From the NCBI GenBank assembly GCA_951406725.2, contig OX597836.1, positions 38,936,001 through 39,000,000 of the forward strand: a DNA stretch of 64,000 bases, written 5' to 3'. A program made the position numbers and the translations under genes. The DNA comes from Octopus vulgaris. Its lineage: Eukaryota. The notes beneath the pieces were generated by a model, which did not search any database, was not told the DNA's origin, and saw only the letters and a list, made by a program, of their open reading frames with translations. Shown piece after piece: positions 55,131-64,000 of the stretch (the stretch's first letter is position 1; each line of letters begins with the position of its first letter).

Positions 55131-56035
55131 AGGAAGGTCATATTCCATATATGCATGGCCGTAGTCGAATGTAGCATGGCCACAGTCTTATGACTGAAAC
55201 AAGTAAGAAAACGATAAAAGATTGAAGTGTCTTGAACCCGCAAACCCTGACAAATGGTCTCACCCATGCCAGCACGAAAGACACACATTCGAAGACGACG
55301 ATGACGACGATGATGACAATGATGATTATGATATAACTTGGTATCGTAACTTGATGTGAGGCCAGATCATCAAGGCAGGGTTGTTGGTTTGAAGTCACAG
55401 TTAAGACTACCGCTTATTAACTCAGAACGTAAAAGGCTGGAACGAATACCAGAAGGCATCTCATCCGATGTTTTAATAATTCTGCCAATTTGCTGCTCTA
55501 GGTTGCTTGGTGCTTTATTTTTTTTGTCAACCTTAGAAGAATGGACACAAAGCAAAGTTGAACTTGGTGGTATTTGAACTCAGAACGTATGGAGCCGGAA
55601 CAAATACAGCAAAGCATTCAATCTCATGCTTAGGTGACATTCTTGATTTATTGCCTCAGCAGTTTGTAGAGTACAGGTAGTACCTATAAATTGTTTACGT
55701 GTGTGTATATATGATGTGTGTATGTGGATGACCTGTATGTATATAAATAAATACGTTCGGATTCCATTTGACCACACACCCTCATCGAGGATAATTTGAA
55801 TGAAAATCAATCTTATTCACGTGAAAAGAAGTCGAAGGCTGCCCATAACATTCGAACCTATGTTTCTTGTAAACACGACAGACGTTCTGCCATTGGACCA
55901 AAGAAATCTTTCCAATTTCTCTCTCCGTTTTAGAAACGTTATTCTTACCAGCGAGAAATGGAGGTTGTTGACGTCTAAAGAATTTATGAATTTTATCTCT
56001 CAAAATTTTATAAACTCTTATGACAGATTAGTCGC

Positions 56036-56563
56036 TGGCGTGGCTGTGTGGTAAGAAATGTGCTTCTTAACCACAGTTTCGGGTTCAGTCCCAATGCGTG
56101 GCACCTTGTGCAAATGTCTTCTGCTATAGCTCCATGTCGGCCAAATCTTTGTGAGTAGATTTTGTAGAAGGAAACTGGAAGAAGCCCGTCGTATATATAT
56201 ATATATACACATTTGTGTGTATGTGTGTGCGCGTGCGTGTCTTTGTGTCTGTATTTGTCCATCACCACCGCATGGCAACCGGTGCTGGTGTATTTACGTC
56301 CCCGTAAGTTGGCAGTTCGGCAAGAGATATCGATAGAATAAGTATCAGGTACTGGGATCGATTAATTCGACTAAGAATTCTTCAAGCCGGCGCCCCAGCA
56401 TGGCCGCAGTCTAATGAAAAACAAGTAAAAGACAAAAGATATACGTCTAGCAGATCCACTCACAAGGCGTTGGTCGGCCTGGGGCTATAGTAGAAGACAC
56501 TTGCCCAAGGTGCCTCACAGTGGGACTGAACCTAGAACCGTGTGGCTGAGAAACAACGCCTGC
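56036..56563. mobile_element. SINE family B (plus 56036-56430) and an inverted head (56454-56563)
   Basis: Match to family B. Confidence 0.8.
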
Positions 56564-56810
56564 GCTTATGAACATTACTTTTCAACTCCTCATACACAGA
56601 CAGTTTAATTAAGGCTAAGACGTGTTGACACCAGTACTCCCTAATTCACCACGGCGCTACTCCAAGTATCACCTCAGTCCCACTTCTCATTAATTACTGT
56701 AACCTTCTAAACTCAGTATTGATATTTTCTTGCAGAAAATTAAATAGAATTTGTAATAATTTATTAATTCTTGAACATAAACAGAATACGAAATATTTTC
56801 TCTCTTTCTC

Positions 56811-56874
<64 letters not shown>

Positions 56875-57208
56875 TTTTCTTTCTTTCGTTTCTTTCTTTT
56901 TAAATTCTTTCTCGCTTTCTTGTTTTCTTCCTTCCTTCCTTCCATTCTTCCTTCCTGTCTTTCCTTCTTTCACTTTCTCTCTCTCTGACTCACTCTCTCA
57001 CCCATCTCTCTCTCTCTCTAACCTCTATCACTTTCTCCATCTCGTATATTCATTTTCGCACATATAAAGCACGAAATCACTAACATTTATCACCCCCTCC
57101 TCTTCTCCCCTTTAATAAAGATATATGCGTGCGTGTGTGTATTTATATGTGTGTAGATATACATACATATATACATACATACATATTTATATATAAATAT
57201 ATACATAC

Positions 57209-57256
<48 letters not shown>

Positions 57257-57469
57257 GTGTGTGTGTGTGTGTGTATGTATATGTGCGCTCGCCTGTGTGT
57301 TTGCGCGCGCGGTTAGGTATCCACATAATGAATATAAAGACACACACACACATAGATGTGTATATAAACTACGCATTATTCTCACTAGAAACTCGCCTCC
57401 ATAATTAAGCATTGTACAAGAAGCATAATTCTCTCTCTCTCTCTTTATCTCTCTCTATTTCACTCTCTC

Positions 57470-57512
<43 letters not shown>

Positions 57513-57920
57513 CTTTTGTTTATTTCCCGTTTTCAGTAATTTATGCTGATTTCTAGTTTTTATTTTAGTATCAATAATTCTTGCAAAGTTACTAATCTAT
57601 CTTTCGTTTTTGTATGTATACGTGTATTTGTGAGCCTATGTATTAATGTGTGTCAGTGTGTACCATTCTACGCAACATAGCTGTTTTATCAGCAAAGTTT
57701 TTCTACTTAGGTTCATGTACTCCGTTATAATATACTATAATTGACTCCGTTGTTGTAAATGCAAAGTCAAATGATAGGAAAATATCATACCTGTGTTTCC
57801 GATTTAACAGTTGGAGTCATTTAGTTTACAACTATCTGAAGATGACACCGAAGACACGCACAAACACACACACACACACACACACATACACACACACACA
57901 CACACACACTCACACACACA

Positions 57921-57954
<34 letters not shown>

Positions 57955-58014
57955 ATGGATTCTTTTGTCGTGAACGAAAGTGAGAAATCAGTAAAATAAA
58001 GCATTTGATCATGT

Positions 58015-58410
58015 TCTATTGTCACGAATTCGTCTCTTGACGCCTGCTGGTGTCTTGCAAACATTTCGACAAGTGAAAGAAGTCGAGGACTCAGTTTGCT
58101 TGAGTAGTTGTTGATTATTTATTATGTGTTTTCTTGAATGGACGGCTAGGTCTGCTTTGCTTCAAGCCACAAAGCCACAATGACGGGTAACGTTTCCATT
58201 TAGTGGAGAAGTATTTTACCAGCGTGCCTTTATGCTTCCACCAAGTTGGTCTCGATGCTGGAGTGGATTTGGCTGGAATTTTTGAGCTGAGGAGAAGCAA
58301 GACTGGCGCCAGGTCCTACATTCTGATGCTTTGTTTTCCCAGGAAGAAAAGGGAATGTTGCATCATTTCTGATTCTTTTCACTGACCTTCCTGTTGGTCC
58401 TGTTGGGAAT
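58015..58410 (-). mobile_element. RTE-clade LINE ORF C-terminus with degenerate C2H2-like fingers
   Basis: CNIPFSSWENKASECRTWRQSC..KF, CGFVA-SKADLAVHSRKH, FTCRNVCKTPAGVKRR; in-frame stops. Confidence 0.65.
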
Positions 58411-58449
58411 TTATATATACGTAAATATCTATCTATATATATATATGTA

Positions 58450-58620
58450 TAGGGAGTGTTTACGAAAAAAAAACGAAAGACGAAGACAGGTGGTGTAAAA
58501 ACTAACAGATGTATTAGTATAACGCTCAGGAATAGAAAAAAGTATTTTACGTTTCGAGCCTACGCTCTTTTACAGAAAGGGACACAGAGAAAACAAGGAG
58601 AGAAACAAGGAGAGAAAAAT
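58450..58620 (-). mobile_element. Family H element
   Basis: Match to 13021-13190. Confidence 0.75.
58544..58579 (-). ncRNA. Degenerate minimal hammerhead-like fold (CUGUAAA)
   Basis: CTTT CTGTAAA A GAGCGTAGGCTC GAAACGTA AAAT; G8 lost. Confidence 0.45.
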
Positions 58621-58929
58621 ATATAGTAATAATAATAATAATATTAGGGAGTAAATCCATATATAAATTAATGCAGTGATGTGAGTAGCTTGTTTGTTAT
58701 TAAATACGATAGTATAAGCTATTTACATGTTGTGGGACTACTGAAACGAATTTGTAGTGATTTCTCAATGTTTATTATTAAATAAAATTCACCATTTTTC
58801 TCCATCATTTATATCTTTATAATCTCCTTTTTCTTTTCCCCATGTATATTATCATATACTCTATATGGTCTATGCTATGACAAACTAAGGAGCTTTTTCA
58901 TGAATACTATCGGATTACTTGAATCCATA

Positions 58930-58965
<36 letters not shown>

Positions 58966-59015
58966 TATATACATATACATATATATGTAAATAAATATAT
59001 ATATGCATATGTATA

Positions 59016-59062
<47 letters not shown>

Positions 59063-59337
59063 GTATATATATATGTATATATATATATGTGTATATTATA
59101 TATATATTTATATATTACTTCCTTGAATGTGTTGTTTCTAGCAATTCCGTCTTGTTTCGCTCTCACACATGCCTTCTATTTCGTCCTTTTTCGATGTGTT
59201 CAGACTTAGCCTTCTACACTACCTTAGCTCTCCCTCTCTGTCCCTCTCCTTCCCTCTCCGTTTCCCCTAAATCTTCATTCTCTTTCTGTCCCTTTCTCTG
59301 TCTCTGTCTCCCTCTGTCTCTCTTTCTCCCACCCACC

Positions 59338-59378
<41 letters not shown>

Positions 59379-59719
59379 CCTTCTCTGTCTTTCTCCTTCT
59401 CCATGGTCAATAGACATTAATAAATGTTTCAACATCGCTGAGTCTCATCATGTTTAAAATATTCCTAAGTAGATTATTTTATCAGAGCAAAACTGTTTCC
59501 TTCTCAAGCTAAATGAGAATTATAATCATTTCATTGTATTGCTGTTCAATAGGAAATCAACTAATTGACCCATTTCTCTCCCCACCCCCCATCCTTCCAC
59601 TTATTCATTCTATTTCTATCCCAAGCTTATTCTTTCCTATCTTCTTTCTCTCTTTCCTCGTTTTATCATTTATTCTGGTATAACTTTCGAACCTCATCGT
59701 TTCTATATCATATTTTTCT

Positions 59720-60325
59720 AATGTCTCTCTCCGTCTGTCTCTGTCTGTCTGTTTGTCTGTCTATCTCTGTCTCTGTCTGTCTGTCTCTGTCTCTACCGCT
59801 CTCTCTCTCTCTCTCCAGCTTTCTCTGTCTCCCTCTTTCTCTCCGTCTCTTTCTATATCTTGCTCCGTGTGTAGCTCTCCTGTATAACTCTATAACTTTG
59901 TTAATGTCTCTCTCTCTCTCTCTCTCTTTCTCTTTATCTCTCACTCACTTTGCCCCTCCATGTCTCTCTCTCTATATCTATCTCTCTATATCTCTCTCTC
60001 TATATGTCTCTTTCTCTCTATGTCTCTCTCTCTATGTCTCTTTCTCTCTATATATATCTCTCTCTTTTTGTCTCTTTCTCTTTGCTTCTCTCTCTCTTTA
60101 TCTCTCTCTTTATCTTTCTCTAAATCTCTCTCGTTTTGTTTCTTTCTCTCTTTGTTTCTCTCTCTCTCTTTATCTCCCTCTTTATCCCTCTCTATCTGTC
60201 TCCCTCTCTATCTTTCTTCCTCTCACTGTGTGTCTGTGTCTTTCCCTCTTTTCTGTCTCTCTGTCTCTTTGTCTTTTTTACTCTCTCTCTATCTCTCTGT
60301 ATGTTTGTCTCTCCCTTTCTCTTTC
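59720..60325. repeat. CT-rich low-complexity tract
   Basis: Direct reading. Confidence 0.9.
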
Positions 60326-60564
60326 AGCTACTCACTGCTATTAGCAATATTATAGGTAAAAAAATCTAAAAAAAATTGGAACTAGTATAATACATCTACC
60401 ACCTCCACCACTACCATCACCACCATCACCACTACCACCACCACCAATACCCCCACCACCAGCACTTCTATCACTATTACTTCCACGGCATCACCACCAC
60501 CGCACAACAACAACAACAACAACAACAACAACTACTACTACTATTACTACTACTACTACTATTT

Positions 60565-60643
<79 letters not shown>

Positions 60644-60840
60644 TAATAATAATAATAGTAACAACAATTATTATCATCATCATCATCATCATCATCATCA
60701 TTATTATTATTATTATTAGTAGTAGTAGTAGTAGTATGATGATGATAATGTCAGTCAGTAGTCATTCAACAGCAAATTAAGGTAATTGTGAGCAATTCCG
60801 TCAATACAGTTTTATTAAAAATACATATACTCACAAGTAG

Positions 60841-60904
<64 letters not shown>

Positions 60905-61148
60905 TATATCTATATATATACATACATACACACACACGCATATATATATATATATATATATATGCAACAAAACTATATATATATATTTATTTATATATAT
61001 ATATGTATATATATATGTATATATATATATGTATGTATCTCTATTTTGTATATCATATATGTATATATTACATATATATGTATCTCTCTTTCTTTCTATC
61101 AAAATACGCATAAATATTATATATATATATGAATGTGTATATATGTAC

Positions 61149-61210
<62 letters not shown>

Positions 61211-61555
61211 GCATACGCACATGTGTGTATATAAATACATATATATATATTACGTCGTGCCACTTAAATTGTATGACATATAACTTTTTGAATCAACTCA
61301 TATATGAGAAATTTAGTTGTCCGATAACCTTTACACGGTTACGTCTTTCACTCTCTCTTTCTCTTTCTCTCTCTCTCCCCTCTCTCTGTCTCTCTCTCTG
61401 TCTCTCTCCCTTTTCTTTTCCTTTATATGCGTGTATAAGTGTATGCATGTGTATATGTATGTGTGTGTATCACATATCTAGAGAAAGAATGAGAGACAGA
61501 CAGGCAGATAGATTGACAGACAGACAGACAGTCAGACAGAGTACGTATTCTTTTC

Positions 61556-61935
61556 TACTCTAGGCACACGGCCCGAAATTTTTGGTGAGGGATTAAGTCT
61601 ATTAGATCGACCCCAGTGCGTAACTGGTACTGAAAGGATGAAAGTCGAGGTCGACCTAGGCGGAATTTGAACTCAGAACGTAGCGGCAGACGAAATACCT
61701 ATTTCTTTACTACCCATAAGGGGCTAAACACAGAGGGGACAAACAAGGACAGACATAGGTATTAAGTCGATTACATCGACCCCAGTGCGTAACTGGTGCT
61801 TATTTAATCGACCCCGAAAGGATGAAAGGCAAAGTCGACCTCGGCGGAATTTGAACTCAAAATGTAGCGGCAGACGCAAAGCATTTCGCAAAGCATTTCG
61901 CCCGGTGTGCTAACGTTTCTGCCACCTCGCAGCCT
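61556..61935 (-). mobile_element. SINE family A dimer
   Basis: Match to family A. Confidence 0.8.
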
Positions 61936-62623
61936 TAGCCAGAATACATATAGAAGATACGAAAGTTACTCTTGTGACCCTGGGTTTTTTTTTACTCCAA
62001 CATTTTTAGCCTTACTATGCAAAGATGTAACTGCAGTTAAACTACAATACATGTTTTACTAGTTGCGTGCAGGGACAGTAGACGCCAATGACCAGATTCA
62101 GGGTGCAACTCTTTTGCTGTTTAAAACAGGGTTCGTTAACTCGCGAAGGGACTTATTTTCGTGGCCATTTATAGAGTAGACAAATTAGGATACAATACTA
62201 GTCGTGCTAATTTAAGAATCTCTGTATACCACTTTCATTAATTAATGAATGTTGCAAACACTGATATTCGTTTGGATTATATATACACAGACACGCGCAT
62301 ACAAAATACATACATACATACATAGAGGTTTATACCTGTAATTAATAGGGCACTGGGATATGTAACAGACTGTCTAAATACTAATCTTGAGAATTAGGCT
62401 TCTCAGAACCAGAAAAGAGAAAGCTGATTCGAAGATTACAGATCCAAGCCATCACTGGAACTGTAAATATCTGTAAAACTTTCCAGACGTTTGTCATTTA
62501 AATATATATATGAGCATGTCTAGATATGCCACTATAAGCATGGGAATACACACATAAAACAAAATATACAAATCTGTACATATATATATGGTTGGTTGGT
62601 TGGCATCCTTTTTGTCTCGGGAG

Positions 62624-62660
<37 letters not shown>

Positions 62661-63647
62661 ACAAAGAGAGGAAAAAAGAGCAGTTAAAGCCAAACTCCAA
62701 CGTGTTGAATGACCTTTGATTTTAAAATTAAAAAAATATCAAACGGACTTTTCTCCTTGGTACGAAAATGATATACATACATATAAGTGTATTTATGCGT
62801 GTATGTATCTATATCTATTTATCTGGCTATCTACACACACACGCCCGCGTGCACACACACACACATGCATATTCACATTGAAATATTGTACGATCGACAT
62901 AAATTGTGTACAAGTTAATCAGTCATTTAAAGATATTGTCCGATATAGAACTCGAAATGAATTACAGAGCACCATTAATGTTTGCAAGGGGGGGGGGGGG
63001 TCGTAGTTAAATTTCTGGCATTTTACAAGGAAGCTACAGTCTGTTGGGAAAGAGAGATCTACATAGTCCTTAGAGACAATTATAGCTTTCAGACTTGAAA
63101 TATATGCATGGATCCGTGTGGTCTTGTATGCGCCAGTATCTGTGCTCGTGTAGTGTGTGTATGTGTGTTTAAGAGACAGAGAGGGAGAGAGAGGGGGGAG
63201 AGAGAGAAGATAGTGAAAGAGACAGGCAGAGACAGAGAAAGTAGGAGAGTGGGAGTCTCTGAAAGTGCGTATATGAAGATGCGGCAGACTGGAAAGATTT
63301 GAATGAAGAATACTTCGAGAATAGCAGGAAAAAAAAATATTGCTATAAGTCTGTTTGGAAAGGAAATGCTTCGCACAAAGAAAGAAAGAAAGAAAGAAAA
63401 AAATACTAAAGAAAAATGTTGTGGGACAGAGTATAAAATTTGTCTATTTGTGTCTTAGAATAATATTTAGCAATTTACAACTAAAAATAGATAGGTGTAG
63501 AGAAACTACGTTGAAAAATTATTCCTATAGTGAACCAATGAAGCATAAGTGTAACTACATACATTTATATATGTTTGTGTTCGCGCGAATGTGTATTTGT
63601 GTATCAATATATATATATATATATTCATACATGTAAGTATGTTTGTA

Positions 63648-63835
63648 TTATAAGGGTAGCCACCTCCATATATAGATAGAGAAAACTATGTGCAAAATTA
63701 GAATGACAAAGGAATAAATAAAAATGTTTTGAATTTCACTAACTTACAGCTATTTCTGCTCTAAGATGAAATGCACTAATAGCTGAGTGCTTGAGTATCA
63801 CTCATTAGCTTCATCAGAGCTTCAAAGCTGAAGTG

Positions 63836-63838
<3 letters not shown>
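63648..63838 (-). mobile_element. Short Penelope-like 3' end next to (TA)n
   Basis: Contains a hammerhead fold; abuts the TA tract at 63839. Confidence 0.55.
63741..63821 (-). ncRNA. Type I hammerhead fold with long stem II insertion
   Basis: AGCT CTGATGA [A-GCT..TGAGTG-ATACTCAAG-CACTCA..AGC-A] GAAA TAGCTG TA AGTT. Confidence 0.65.
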
Positions 63839-63923
<85 letters not shown>

Positions 63924-64000
63924 CAATGACATTATATCATATAAAGTTTTTTTAAACAATATTAATATCGTTCAGTTAATCTCTGTACAAATCCATCATT

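Overview
AT-rich, microsatellite-saturated eukaryotic DNA, most likely intronic or intergenic sequence of an octopus (inferred from the three dominant tRNA-headed SINE families; not verified by a search). No host protein-coding gene can be supported, and almost all ORFs in the track are microsatellite or SINE artefacts. Decayed transposon coding remnants are recognisable: CR1/L2-clade RT, R4/Dong RT, RTE pieces, a Tigger/pogo transposase and two or three Penelope-type GIY-YIG fragments. There are also hAT and Tigger-type MITEs and a Helitron-like element. The main signal is a dense population of short Penelope-like 3' ends (pseudo-LTRs) inserted into (TA)n tracts, often as fold-back inverted repeats. 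At least 14 copies from about 7 families carry type I hammerhead ribozyme folds, including non-canonical cores (CUGUNGA, CCGANGA) and covarying palindromic stem III loops. A separate, diverged group of 3-4 such elements lacks a normal hammerhead. It instead conserves a multi-hairpin RNA motif with the hammerhead core words in permuted order (GAAA...UA...CUGANGA), which is the best candidate here for an undescribed cis-acting RNA or ribozyme. All folds were read by eye and none is shown to be active.
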